The position numbers were made by a program, and so were the translations under genes. From contig OY762825.2 in NCBI GenBank assembly GCA_963666425.2, forward strand, positions 2,656,001 to 2,720,000: a stretch of 64,000 bases of DNA, given 5' to 3'. Below the pieces are notes generated by a model that worked only from the letters and a program-made list of their open reading frames with translations, was not told the DNA's origin and made no database searches. This DNA is from Bacillota bacterium (GTDB lineage Bacteria > Bacillota > JAAYKD01). Positions 37,937 to 48,365 of the stretch are shown in pieces. Every line of letters starts with the position of its first letter. The stretch's first letter is position 1.

Positions 37937-38401
37937 GTGTTAAAGGGTAAAAAAGTTGCGATCCTTGGTGATCGTGATGGTATTCCCGGTGGTGCTATTG
38001 AAGCAGTTTTAGCTACAGCCGGTGCAGAAGTGGTCTTTTCGACTACAGAATGCTTCGTCTGAACGGCTGCTGGTGCCATGGATCTGGAAAATCAGGCTCG
38101 GATTAAAAAAGCTGCAGAAGAACTCGGTGCTGAGAATTTAATCGTAATTCTTGGCGGTGCTGAAGCCGAAGCCGCTGGCTTGGCTGCTGAAACCGTTTCT
38201 GCTGGAGATCCGACCTTTGCAGGTCCTTTGGCTGGAGTCTCGTTGGGACTCGCTGTTTATCATGTAATCGAAGATGAAATCAAATCAGAATGTGATGCCG
38301 CTGTTTATGAAGAACAAATTGGTATGATGGAAATGGTGTTGGATGTGGAAGTTATTAAGAGCGAAGTAAGCAGCATCCGCAAACAATATTCAAAATACTA
38401 A
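37937..38401 (+). CDS. grdA: Glycine reductase selenoprotein A (Sec at TGA 38060-38062)
   Basis: GTG after GAAGGAG; [10 protein letters not shown]...[17 protein letters not shown]...[12 protein letters not shown]; in frame with track ORF 38078..38401. Confidence 0.95.
38075..38097 (+). promoter_or_regulatory. Candidate SECIS of grdA
   Basis: GCC-ATG-GAT-CTGGAAA-ATC-A-GGC stem-loop 12 nt after the UGA, GG in the loop. Confidence 0.6.
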
Positions 38402-38441
38402 ATCTTAGTCGACGAAACTTCCAATTGTAGGAGGGAACACT

Positions 38442-39752
38442 ATGAAGAAGATCCGTGTGGTCCACTATATCAACCAGTTCTACGGCCAAATCGGCGGCGA
38501 GGATAAGGCTGATATTGCACCAATTTTGCGTGAAGGTTTTGTTGGGCCTGGTATGCAGATCCAAAACCTGATGCAAGACCGTGGTGAGATTGTCGCAACA
38601 GTCATCTGCGGCGATAACTATTTCAACGAGAACATGGATGAAGCTACGGCTACCATCCTGGGAATGATCGAAAAATTCAATCCTGACATTTTAATTGCCG
38701 GTCCTGCTTTCAATGCCGGACGTTATGGTATGGCCTGCGGTGCAATTTGCAAAGCGGTAAGCGAGAAATTCAATATTCCTACCGTTACCGGTATGTATAT
38801 TGAAAGCCCCGGTGTTGACAGCTACCGTAAATACACCTATATCGTAGAAACTCCCAATTCCGCTGTTGGTATGCGTAAAGCATTGCCGGCAATGGTGAAC
38901 TTTGCCTATAAGCTGGTCGATGGCGTTGAACTGGGTGATCCCAAAGAAGAAGGCTATATCGCCCGTGGTGTTCGCCGCAATTATTTTGCTGCTGACCGCG
39001 GTTCCAAACGTGCTGTTGAAATGCTTGTTAAAAAGATCAATGGACAAGCCTATACAACCGAGTATGCGATGCCTGTATTCGACCGGGTAGAACCGAGTCC
39101 TCAAATCCTGGATATGTCGAAAGCAACGATTGCACTTGTCACCTCCGGCGGCATCGTTCCCAAAGGCAATCCGGATCATATCGAATCATCCTCCGCTTCC
39201 AAGTATGGCAAATACGATCTTGAAGGCGTGAATGGTCTGACAGATGCAACCTATCAGACTGCGCACGGCGGCTATGATCCCGTCTATGCCAACCAGGACC
39301 CGGATCGCGTCCTTCCCGTGGACGTACTGCGCGACCTGGAAGCCGAAGGCAAAATTGGTAAACTCTATCGTTACTATTATGCCACCGTTGGCAATGGCAC
39401 ATCTGTGGCCAATGCCAAAAAATATGCACATGCGATCGGTGAAGAGTTGATTGCGGCTGGAGTCAATGCCGTCATCCTCACCAGTACCTGAGGCACCTGC
39501 ACACGTTGCGGCGCAACGATGGTAAAAGAAATTGAACGTACTGGTCTTCCGGTAGTTCATATGTGCACAGTGGTTCCGATCTCCTTAACAGTCGGTGCAA
39601 ACCGTATTGTTCCTACAGTAGCTATTCCTCATCCGCTGGGCAATCCGAATCTGACCCCGGAAGATGAGAAACATCTCCGTCGTGGTTTGGTAGAAAGAGC
39701 ACTCAAAGCTTTACAAACCGAAGTTCACGAACAGACCGTATTTGAGAAATAG
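38442..39752 (+). CDS. grdB: Glycine reductase selenoprotein B (Sec at TGA 39489-39491)
   Basis: HYINQFYGQIGGE, GPAFNAGRYG, LTST-U-GTCTRCGATMVKEIE, IPHPLGNP; the two track ORFs are in frame across the TGA. Confidence 0.95.
39504..39518 (+). promoter_or_regulatory. Candidate SECIS of grdB
   Basis: CGTTGC-GGC-GCAACG perfect stem 12 nt after the UGA. Confidence 0.65.
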
Positions 39753-39883
39753 TAGCTGCTAAACGATGGTCCCAAGCCTTGCTAGGAGTTTCACAACTCC
39801 TGACGTTACCCTTTTTGAGTAGACGGAAGGCTTGGGGCTTTTCGTATCGTACCTTAAGATTAATTTTTGGAGGTGTCTTCAAA

Positions 39884-41425
39884 ATGTCTTTCCCAGTGAT
39901 AAAAGGGAATGCTTATTCCTTGATCTACACGCCGTCTCTGCTGATTGGTATGGGTACCACGCAGACCAGTGAACGCCGTGCGAATCCAAATTCTGAGTAT
40001 TTACAGCAGATTCCCCAGCATCTTCGCTCTTACGAAGAATGCGTGGCTTACGCTCCCAATCAAGTTTACATTGGCAATTTTCACCCGGAATTTTTGAACA
40101 CAGTTGCCAAACCGATGTGGCAAAAAGAGAATTTACTGGCGAATGCCAGCCACGACGGCAAATACGGCGAAATCATGCCGGAAGCTGAATTCCTTGGGAT
40201 GATTAAAATCGTAGACTCCTTTGACCTGGTCATGTTGGAAACCAGCTTTATGGCTGAAGTCAGTGAAAAACTGGCGAAGCATCCCTTAATGAACGCCAAC
40301 GATTTAAAACGTCTGGGTAAAAGCTATGGCATGGCAGAAGTAGAAGAACAAATCAATACGATGCATGCCGAACCCCTCAAACTCGGCAGCCGCTTGGTTG
40401 GTTGTGTCAAACGCGCTCATGAATACGATGTTTCTTTAACAGCTCATGTCATGGCGGAAAACTATATTGCCAAAGCTTCTGCTACCTTGGTTTTTAAAGA
40501 TCTCCTAGCAAAATCCGCTCTGAAAGTCGAAGAAGTCGATTATATTATCGAATGCTCCGAAGAAGCCTGCGGCGATATGAATCAGCGCGGCGGCGGCAAT
40601 TTTGCTAAATCCATCGGCGAGATGGTGGGTGCTGTCAATGCAACTGGAGCTGATATGCGCGGTTTCTGCGCCGGACCAGCCCATTCTATGATCGCTGCTT
40701 CCGCTCTCGTCAAATCGGGTATTTATAAAAATGTTGTAGTCGTAGCCGGCGGCTGCACCGCCAAGCTCGGTATGAATGGCCGCGATCACGTCAAAAAAGA
40801 TATGCCTTTATTGGAAGACTGCTTAGGCGCTTTTGCTTTCCATATCGGTGAAAATGATGGTATCAACCCGGTGATCCGGACGGATATCGTCGGCCGCCAT
40901 ATGATCGGTTCCGGTTCCGCTCCTCAGGCTGTCATGCAGGCTTTGGTTCTGGATCCCTTGCTGCGCGCTGGAATGACAATTCCCGATATCGAACGTTATG
41001 CTGCGGAATTGCAAAATCCGGAAATTACCGTTCCGGCCGGAGCCGGTGATGTTCCGACAGCCAATTATAAAATGATTGCCGCCCTGGCTGTCATGAAAAA
41101 AATGTTGGAAAGAACAGAAGTCGCTACTTTTGGCGATACGCATGGGATGCCCGGTTTTGCCCCCACGCAAGGGCATATTCCTTCCGGCGTGCCTTATATC
41201 GGTCATGCCTGTGATGCCATGTTAGCCGGTGAATTGAAGAATACCATGATCATTGGCAAAGGTTCTCTGTTCTTGGCTCGTCTGACCAATCTGTTCGATG
41301 GCGTTTCCTTTGTAATTGAAGCGAACGATGGTAAAGTAGAATCGGAAAAGGGTATCAATAAAGAGGAAGTTCGCGGTATGATCGCCGAAGCAATGCGTGA
41401 TTTTGCCAACAGCTTGACAAAATAA
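39884..41425 (+). CDS. grdC: Glycine reductase component C, large (FabH-like) subunit
   Basis: PNQVYIGN, ECSEEACGDMNQRGGGNFAK, RGFCAGP, PTQGHIPSG, GKGSLFL.RLTNLFDG. Confidence 0.93.
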   Translation: MSFPVIKGNAYSLIYTPSLLIGMGTTQTSERRANPNSEYLQQIPQHLRSYEECVAYAPNQVYIGNFHPEFLNTVAKPMWQKENLLANASHDGKYGEIMPEAEFLGMIKIVDSFDLVMLETSFMAEVSEKLAKHPLMNANDLKRLGKSYGMAEVEEQINTMHAEPLKLGSRLVGCVKRAHEYDVSLTAHVMAENYIAKASATLVFKDLLAKSALKVEEVDYIIECSEEACGDMNQRGGGNFAKSIGEMVGAVNATGADMRGFCAGPAHSMIAASALVKSGIYKNVVVVAGGCTAKLGMNGRDHVKKDMPLLEDCLGAFAFHIGENDGINPVIRTDIVGRHMIGSGSAPQAVMQALVLDPLLRAGMTIPDIERYAAELQNPEITVPAGAGDVPTANYKMIAALAVMKKMLERTEVATFGDTHGMPGFAPTQGHIPSGVPYIGHACDAMLAGELKNTMIIGKGSLFLARLTNLFDGVSFVIEANDGKVESEKGINKEEVRGMIAEAMRDFANSLTK

Positions 41426-41456
41426 CCTCAATGCTTTGATTATGGAGGTGGAAATT

Positions 41457-42614
41457 TTGGCTGAACAAAACATCAAAGCCATGATCGGAGAGGTTTTCCT
41501 GGATTTAGCCGAGGCCTTGGAAACCGGTCAATTTGGTCATAAAGTAAAAGTTGCCGTTACCGTTTTGGGTAGCGAGCATGGCCCGGAAGAGATTATCCGC
41601 GGCGCAGTCTTAGCTCAAAAGCAAAATCCGGATCTGCAGGTTTGTTTAATCGGACCGGAAAACAACAGCGGCCTTCTGACTTTCCCTGCTGCGGATTTTC
41701 AGGCGCAGCATAAAAAAATGGAAGAACTGCTGGATGATGGCAGCATCGATGCCTGCGTAACCATGCATTACAGTTTCCCGATCGGTGTTTCTACGGTCGG
41801 CAAGGTAGTGACGCCGGGACGCGGCAAAGAAATGTTGCTTGCCACCACCACCGGTACTTCCGCTACCGAGCGGGTGGAAGCGATGGTTCGCAATGCAATT
41901 TATGGCATCATTGCCGCCAAAGCGACGGGGATCGCCCAGCCGACCCTCGGTATCCTGAATGTGGATGGCTCCCGCCAAGTCGAACGCGCTCTCAATAAGT
42001 TGGCGGAGCAAGGCTATTCTTTCCAATGGGTCGAATCAGCTAGAGCCGATGGCGGTGTTGTCATGCGCGGCAATGATTTGCTGATGGCGACTCCGGATGT
42101 GATGATTACCGATACGCTGACCGGCAACCTGTTGATGAAGATGTTTTCATCCTTCCAAACCGGCGGCGATTATGAAGCGGCTGGCTACGGTTACGGGCCC
42201 GGCATCGGTGAAAATTATAAACGCACCGTTCTAATCCTTTCCCGTGCCTCGGGTTCTCCGGTGGTAGCGAATGCCGTCAAGTATGCCGGTCAATTGGCCA
42301 GCGGCCAGGTCTGGCAGGTTGCCAAAGCGGAATTTGATGCTGTCAACAAGGCCGGTTTAACCACCCTGTTTGAAGAAACAAAAAAAGCGGCGGCTGCTGA
42401 AGTGGTAGAAGAAGTGAAAGCACCTGCCAAGAAGGTTGTCACCGAAGAGATCACCGGTATTGACGTGATGGAATTGGATGATGCCACCCATGTGCTCTGG
42501 AAGATGGGGATTTACGCCGAAACCGGGATGGGCTGCGTCGGTCCTGTGATTCTGGTAGCAGAAGAAGATCATGAGAAAGCCCTTGCGGAACTGAAAAAAG
42601 CAGGTTACTGCTAA
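41457..42614 (+). CDS. grdD: Glycine reductase component C, small (PlsX-like) subunit
   Basis: GSEHG, VTMHY.FPIGVSTVG, RADGG.VMRGNDLL, catalytic GMGC.GP; TTG start after GGAGGTG. Confidence 0.93.
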   Translation: MAEQNIKAMIGEVFLDLAEALETGQFGHKVKVAVTVLGSEHGPEEIIRGAVLAQKQNPDLQVCLIGPENNSGLLTFPAADFQAQHKKMEELLDDGSIDACVTMHYSFPIGVSTVGKVVTPGRGKEMLLATTTGTSATERVEAMVRNAIYGIIAAKATGIAQPTLGILNVDGSRQVERALNKLAEQGYSFQWVESARADGGVVMRGNDLLMATPDVMITDTLTGNLLMKMFSSFQTGGDYEAAGYGYGPGIGENYKRTVLILSRASGSPVVANAVKYAGQLASGQVWQVAKAEFDAVNKAGLTTLFEETKKAAAAEVVEEVKAPAKKVVTEEITGIDVMELDDATHVLWKMGIYAETGMGCVGPVILVAEEDHEKALAELKKAGYC

Positions 42615-42646
42615 AATCGCAGGTGGTTTTTAATCTGAAAAATGCA

Positions 42647-42708
42647 TAATTCCCCCTTGGGCTGACTTGAAACAGAAAGATTCAGGTCAGCCCAAGGGGG
42701 AATTTTCT
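42647..42708 (+). terminator. Long terminator hairpin ending the grd operon
   Basis: AATTCCCCCTTGGGCTGACTTGAA...TTCAGGTCAGCCCAAGGGGGAATT-TT. Confidence 0.8.
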
Positions 42709-42861
42709 TGTTGCATAAAAAAATACTTGCTTACAGATTTCCGATCATCAAAAGCTGCGTGATTGCGCTGATTTCTGAAAACCAGCAGGGAAACCGCCGT
42801 CGGACAGAGAAATTGACAAGACAGTGTTCAAAGCATTTTCAGAAAGAATAGAACAGTAAGG

Positions 42862-44295
42862 ATGAGTGCAATGGGTTTAAAATCGAAACAGGAAGTATTG
42901 TCTCAAATTCCGCAAGTGGAATTGTTGTTAAGAACACCGTCCATACAAGCTTTAATAGAAGAATATTCTCATCAGGCGGTGACGGATTCTATCCGCCAGG
43001 TCTTGGCTTTATTTCGCCGGGAAATTTTATCGCAGCCAACCGATTGGTTTCCGGAAGAGATGCCGGACCGACAGGAAATCCTGCAGCGGGTAAAAATCAT
43101 GACCAAACAAAAAATGCAGCCCAGTCTGCATGGTGTGATCAACGCCACCGGAATCATTCTGCACACTAATTTAGGCCGGGCTCTTTTACCTAAGAGCGCC
43201 TGCCGACAAGTCTTGGAGGTAGCCAGCCGTTATTCCAACCTGGAGATCGATGAAAAAACCGGAGTGCGCGGCTCCCGTTATGATCATGTCAATCAATTGC
43301 TTTGTCAAATCACCGGTGCCGAAGATGCGATGGTTGTCAATAACAATGCGGCCGCCGTGCTGCTGGTCCTGGCTGCGATGGGCTGCGGCAAGGAAGTCGT
43401 CGTTTCTCGCGGACAATTAATTGAAATCGGCGGTTCTTTCCGCATTCCCGAAGTGATGGAGCAAAGCGGCTGTCGTTTGGTTGAAGTGGGTGCCACAAAC
43501 AAAACGCATCTGCAGGATTACGAAAAAGCCATTGGCAGAGAAACCGCTCTTTTGCTGAAAGCGCATACCTCCAATTACCGGATTGTTGGCTTCACCGAAG
43601 AAGTGAGCAACGCCGATCTGGTGCAATTGGGCCATGCACACGCTTTACCGATTGTGGAAGACCTGGGCAGCGGTATTTTGCTCGATTTATCCGCCTATGG
43701 CCTGACAGAACCAACAGTGCAGAGTTCTCTGCAGGCGGGGATTGATGTGGTGACGATCAGCGGCGATAAACTGCTGGGCGGTCCGCAGGCCGGCATTATT
43801 TTAGGTAAAAAAGAATTTATCGCTTTGATGAAAAAGCATCCGCTCAATCGCGCTCTGCGCATTGATAAAATGACCTTAGCGGGCTTGGAAGCCACTTTGA
43901 AATTGTATTTGGACGAAAAAAAGGCGCTGACTGAAATTCCGGTGCTGCGCATGCTGACGATCAGTAAAGAAGAATTGCAGCAGAAAGCGGATCGTCTTTG
44001 GCTGGATGTTACCATGCGGGTCGGTGGCAAAGCGTTTGTCCGCGTGCAGGAAGATGTTTCTGCGGTGGGCGGCGGTTCGATGCCCTTGGTGCAGCTGCCA
44101 ACTTATGTGCTGGCGATCGTACCGCGCGACTGCAGTGTGGTGCAGTTTGAAGCAGCGCTGCGCGGTTTTGAAACGCCAATCTTTGGACGTATTGCCAAAG
44201 ATCAGTATTTATTGGATCTGCGCACCATCCAGGACGATGAACTGACGCGGGTGGCGGACGGCGTGGTGCAGATGATCGAACAGACGGTCATTTAG
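42862..44295 (+). CDS. selA: L-seryl-tRNA(Sec) selenium transferase
   Basis: VINATG.ILHTNLGRA, VNNNAAA, EIGGSFRIP, PLP lysine SGDKLLGGPQ. Confidence 0.96.
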   Translation: MSAMGLKSKQEVLSQIPQVELLLRTPSIQALIEEYSHQAVTDSIRQVLALFRREILSQPTDWFPEEMPDRQEILQRVKIMTKQKMQPSLHGVINATGIILHTNLGRALLPKSACRQVLEVASRYSNLEIDEKTGVRGSRYDHVNQLLCQITGAEDAMVVNNNAAAVLLVLAAMGCGKEVVVSRGQLIEIGGSFRIPEVMEQSGCRLVEVGATNKTHLQDYEKAIGRETALLLKAHTSNYRIVGFTEEVSNADLVQLGHAHALPIVEDLGSGILLDLSAYGLTEPTVQSSLQAGIDVVTISGDKLLGGPQAGIILGKKEFIALMKKHPLNRALRIDKMTLAGLEATLKLYLDEKKALTEIPVLRMLTISKEELQQKADRLWLDVTMRVGGKAFVRVQEDVSAVGGGSMPLVQLPTYVLAIVPRDCSVVQFEAALRGFETPIFGRIAKDQYLLDLRTIQDDELTRVADGVVQMIEQTVI

Positions 44296-44303
44296 GAGAG
44301 ACG

Positions 44304-46214
44304 ATGAAACATATTATTATTGGTACGGCTGGTCATGTCGACCATGGCAAGACCGCCTTAATCCGGGCGTTGACGAAGATCGATACCGATCGTTTAAAAG
44401 AAGAAAAGCAGCGCGGTATTTCCATTGAAAACGGTTTTGCTTACTTTGATTTACCAAGCGGCAGACGAGCGGGTTTGATTGATGTGCCCGGTCATGAGCG
44501 CTTTATTAAAAATATGCTGGCCGGAGTAGGCGGGATCGATATCGTGATTCTGGTCATCGCGGCGGATGAGGGAGTCATGCCGCAGACCAGAGAACATTTA
44601 AATATCGTGTCGCTTTTACAAGTCAAGCGGGGTATCGTGGCTCTAACCAAAGCGGACCTAGTGGAGCAAGATTGGCTGGAGCTGGTCACGGAGCAGGTCA
44701 GGGAAGAACTGGCCGATACGTTTCTGGCGGATGCGCCGATTATTCCGGTTTCCAGTCTGACCGGACAAGGATTGCCGGCACTGACGGCCGAGATTGATCG
44801 TTTGACCGAAGAAGTGGAGGCGAAAGATACACGTGCCGCGGCCCGCCTGCCCATTGACCGTGTCTTCACTATTTCCGGGTTTGGCACAGTGGTGACGGGA
44901 ACCCTGCTGACCGGAGTTCTCTCGCTCAGCGATAAATTGGAGATCATGCCGGGTAAGACTGAAGTCCGGGTCCGCGCCTTGCAGGTACATGGCGAAAAAG
45001 TAGAAAAGGCTTTTGCCGGCCAACGCGTGGCGGTTAATTTGGCGGGCGTGGATGTAACAGACGTGCGGCGCGGTGATGTGCTGGCGGCAGTCAATACCCT
45101 AAAGACAACCTTAATGCTGGACGCCAGGGTGCAGGTCTTGGCCAACGCTCCCCGTGCTTTGCAGCACAGAACCAGAATTCGGTTATACATCGGCGCCAGT
45201 GAAGTGATGGGACGGGTGGTTCCCCTGGAACAGGAAAGTGTTGAACCGGGAGAAAGCGCTTTGATTCAGCTGCGTTTGGAAGAACCGATTGCTGCCGCTG
45301 AAGGTGATTTGTTTGTGCTGCGCTATTATTCACCGATGGCTACCTTAGGTGGCGGCACGGTGCTGCAAACCAATCCACGCAAAAAGACACGCTTTAAGAC
45401 AGAGCAGATCGATGCGCTGCGTCAGATGGAAAAAGGATCACCGCAGCATCGCTTGCTGCAAATGCTGGCAGCCGTCAGCGACTCCTATCCGCTGCGGGAA
45501 GACTTTATCAAAGCGCACCCGGAAATCAACGAGATCGAGGAACTGATCGAACAATTGCTGGAGAGCGAACAGGCAGTTTCCCTAACGGTTGATAAAAAAG
45601 AAATTCTGCTCGCTTCTTCCTATCTGCAGACGCTGGAAATTCAAGTGGAAGAAATATTGCAGCGCTTTCACCGCAAAAATCCGCTGCGTTTGGGTATGGC
45701 GAAAGAAGAACTGCACAGCCGCATGCTGAAACAAACCGCGAATAAAACATTCACTGCTTTGCTGCTGATTTGGCTGAGTGATGAGCGGATCAAAATCACC
45801 GGCAATACGGTCGCCGCTTATGATTTTAAAGTGCAATTAACGGCGGAACAAATGTCCCTCTACCGCGAGATCAGTGAGAAATTTCAGGCTGTTAAATTTG
45901 AACCGCCTGCCAAAAGTGATCTGCTGACGGAATATGCCAAACGCAAAGACTTACCCGCCATCTTGGAACTGATGCAGGAAGAAGGTTCGCTGCTGCGCTT
46001 GACAGATGAGATCCTTTATAACAAAGACAATTTCGATCAAGCGGAACAGCTGCTGTTTGACTTCTTCCGGGAACACACGGAAATCAGCCTGGCGGAATAC
46101 CGCGATCTGCTGGCGACCAGCAGGAAGTATGCCTTGGCTTTACTGGAGTATTTTGACACCGCGAAAATCACACAGCGTCAGGGAGAAAAGAGAATTTTAA
46201 GAAAAAAAAGCTAA
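44304..46214 (+). CDS. selB: Selenocysteine-specific elongation factor
   Basis: [22 protein letters not shown]...GFGTVVTG, C-terminal WH motif TSRKYA..LLEYFD. Confidence 0.96.
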   Translation: MKHIIIGTAGHVDHGKTALIRALTKIDTDRLKEEKQRGISIENGFAYFDLPSGRRAGLIDVPGHERFIKNMLAGVGGIDIVILVIAADEGVMPQTREHLNIVSLLQVKRGIVALTKADLVEQDWLELVTEQVREELADTFLADAPIIPVSSLTGQGLPALTAEIDRLTEEVEAKDTRAAARLPIDRVFTISGFGTVVTGTLLTGVLSLSDKLEIMPGKTEVRVRALQVHGEKVEKAFAGQRVAVNLAGVDVTDVRRGDVLAAVNTLKTTLMLDARVQVLANAPRALQHRTRIRLYIGASEVMGRVVPLEQESVEPGESALIQLRLEEPIAAAEGDLFVLRYYSPMATLGGGTVLQTNPRKKTRFKTEQIDALRQMEKGSPQHRLLQMLAAVSDSYPLREDFIKAHPEINEIEELIEQLLESEQAVSLTVDKKEILLASSYLQTLEIQVEEILQRFHRKNPLRLGMAKEELHSRMLKQTANKTFTALLLIWLSDERIKITGNTVAAYDFKVQLTAEQMSLYREISEKFQAVKFEPPAKSDLLTEYAKRKDLPAILELMQEEGSLLRLTDEILYNKDNFDQAEQLLFDFFREHTEISLAEYRDLLATSRKYALALLEYFDTAKITQRQGEKRILRKKS

Positions 46215-46272
46215 GAAATTGACTCAGGTAGGTCTCTGCATGCGAAAGATTATGCAAAGCTTAAAATACGAC

Positions 46273-46301
46273 TTGCAACCCTGCTTGAAATTTGCTATAA
46301 T
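46273..46301 (+). promoter_or_regulatory. sigma-A promoter of selC
   Basis: TTGCAA-N17-TATAAT with an extended TG, 8 nt before the tRNA. Confidence 0.75.
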
Positions 46302-46309
46302 CTCTCCTT

Positions 46310-46406
46310 GGGAGTAGCTAGGTTCTGGTGTGCCTACCGGTCTTCAAAACCGAGTTTGGGGCCTAATACGTTCCAAGGTGGGTTCGATTCCCACATACTC
46401 CCGCCA
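46310..46406 (+). tRNA. selC: tRNA-Sec (anticodon UCA)
   Basis: GGGAGTA/TACTCCC acceptor, G discriminator, CCA; anticodon loop CTTCAAA; long variable arm TTGGGGC/GTTCCAA; T arm GTGGG-TTCGATT-CCCAC; 97 nt, after selB. Confidence 0.96.
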
Positions 46407-46431
46407 AAAAAAAAAAGATCGATAGTAATAA

Positions 46432-46482
46432 CAAAAGGAAGTTCTTCCTGGCCTGAACATGGCCGGTAAGAGCTTCCTTTTT
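46432..46482. terminator. Bidirectional terminator between selC and pruA
   Basis: AAAAGGAAGTTCTT...AAGAGCTTCCTTTTT. Confidence 0.7.
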
Positions 46483-46505
46483 CATAAGCTGTTATCAAGT
46501 TTTCT

Positions 46506-48137
46506 CTATTTCTCAGCCATATAAGGGTAATCGATTTGAGCAGTCGGTGCGAAATTCTCCTTGATAGAACAGACAGATGTCCAGCGATACAGGTTAAGAG
46601 CGCTGCCGGCTTTATCATTTGTGCCCGAAGCGCGTGCACCGCCAAAGGGTTGTTGACCGACAACCGCACCGGTTGGTTTGTCGTTGATATAGAAATTACC
46701 GGCCGAATGCATCAATTGTTTCTCCATCTGTGCAATCACTGCACGATCCCGTGCGAAAATTGCTCCGGTCAGAGCGTAGGGAGTGGATGTATCACAATAT
46801 GCCAGTATCTCATCAAGCTTTTCATCTTCGTAAATATAAACCGTGAGAATGGGTCCGAAAATTTCTTCCCGCATGCTGACATAGTCCTTTTGATAAGCCT
46901 GGATGATGGTTGGAGCGATGAACCATCCTTTGGAACCATCGTATCCGCCACATAGAACTTCCGCTTCAGGCGAAGCTTTGGCTGCTTCAATATAACTGAC
47001 GTTTTTTTTGAAAGCCTGCTCGTCAATCACGGCTGCCAACAGATGGGTGAAATCAGCAGGATCACCATACTGAAGTTTGGCAGTTGCTGCCAGCAGTAGC
47101 TGCTTTACCTGTGGCCAGATGCTTTGAGGCAGGAAGGCTCGGGAAAGAGCAGAGCACTTCTGACCTTGAAACTCAAAAGCACCACGAACCAAAGCGCTGA
47201 CCAAAGCCGGTATGTCGCAGCTTGCGTGCGCGACGAGATAGTCTTTACCGCCGGTTTCGCCAACCAGGCGGGGATAGGCGTGATAATTTTCGATATTCTC
47301 ACCGATTTCTCGCCATACTTGGCGGAAAACCTGGGTAGAGCCGGTGAAATGGAATCCGGCCAAACGGGGATCACGGATCACATACTTGCTGATATCTGTG
47401 CTCTTCGATGGCACAAAATTAATTACACCGGCAGGTAAACCGGCTTCCATCAAGCAACGCATCAGGTAGTAATTGGATAACAAAGCAGTACTCGCCGGTT
47501 TCCAGACCACCGTGTTGCCCATAATAGCCGGAGCGGTTGCCAGATTTCCGGCAATGGCAGTGAAGTTAAAGGGAGACACGGCCAGAACGAAACCTTCTAG
47601 CGGACGATAAACCATCCGATTCCAAGTTTCTCCCACGCTGAGGGGTTGCTGGCGGTAAATTTGATCGGCAAAGAAAAGATTATAGCGCAGAAAATCAGCA
47701 ATTTCGCAGGGAGCATCGATTTCTGCCTGATAGGCGGTTTTACTTTGATTCAGCATGGTGGCTGCATTGAGCTGAAAGCGATACTTACCAGAAATTAAAC
47801 AGGCTGCTTGTTGGAAAATAGCCGCGCGATGTTCCCAGGCAAGCGACTCCCAAGCAGATTTTGCCTCGATAGCAGCTTCTTTGGCAGCATCCAGCTCGGT
47901 TTTTCCTGCCAGGCAGCAAGTAGCCAGCAGGTGTCGATAATTATGAGGCATCACGACCGGGATACGATTTTCTGTAAAAACTTCTTTACCGTCAATGATT
48001 AACGGTATGACAATTTGCTGTTCACTCTGCTTTTTTAATTCCGCTTTCAAGGCCGCTCTTTCAAAAGAGCCAGGCAGATAGTTTAAGGCAGCCTCGTTAC
48101 CGGGAGTCGGAATCGTAAAATTACTGTTCATACTCAA
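46506..48137 (-). CDS. pruA: L-glutamate gamma-semialdehyde (P5C) dehydrogenase
   Basis: QSKT.YQAEID, PFNFTAI, FTGST, GETGGK, FQGQKCSA, EEIFGP, NFYINDKPTGAVVGQQPFGG. Confidence 0.92.
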   Translation of the reverse strand: MSMNSNFTIPTPGNEAALNYLPGSFERAALKAELKKQSEQQIVIPLIIDGKEVFTENRIPVVMPHNYRHLLATCCLAGKTELDAAKEAAIEAKSAWESLAWEHRAAIFQQAACLISGKYRFQLNAATMLNQSKTAYQAEIDAPCEIADFLRYNLFFADQIYRQQPLSVGETWNRMVYRPLEGFVLAVSPFNFTAIAGNLATAPAIMGNTVVWKPASTALLSNYYLMRCLMEAGLPAGVINFVPSKSTDISKYVIRDPRLAGFHFTGSTQVFRQVWREIGENIENYHAYPRLVGETGGKDYLVAHASCDIPALVSALVRGAFEFQGQKCSALSRAFLPQSIWPQVKQLLLAATAKLQYGDPADFTHLLAAVIDEQAFKKNVSYIEAAKASPEAEVLCGGYDGSKGWFIAPTIIQAYQKDYVSMREEIFGPILTVYIYEDEKLDEILAYCDTSTPYALTGAIFARDRAVIAQMEKQLMHSAGNFYINDKPTGAVVGQQPFGGARASGTNDKAGSALNLYRWTSVCSIKENFAPTAQIDYPYMAEK

Positions 48138-48365
48138 ATGAAATCATCCCTTCCTAATCATCTAGGCCAATTATAACAGCAAACGGATTCGCTGATTGTG
48201 CCGGCTGTCGCTGATTCTATACCTGAAAGCGATATGTTTTAAATTACTATACCAACACAACGGTGATTTTTACCGATTCTCGCCTCTTTGGCTTTCTTCT
48301 TTACAAAGTCAGACAAAAAGACTAAGATGCTTTGCAGGAACAAAATAGGAATTGAGCGATAACTG

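Noticed and set aside
32123-39752. selD, grdA and grdB as pseudogenes with premature stops
   Set aside because: Each TGA sits at the known Sec position with a downstream hairpin, and selA, selB and selC are intact nearby.
44492-45190. Long antisense ORFs (also 3953-4555, 24893-25477, 53499-54215 and others)
   Set aside because: They lie opposite well-conserved genes, are explained by sense-strand codon bias, and show no recognisable domains.
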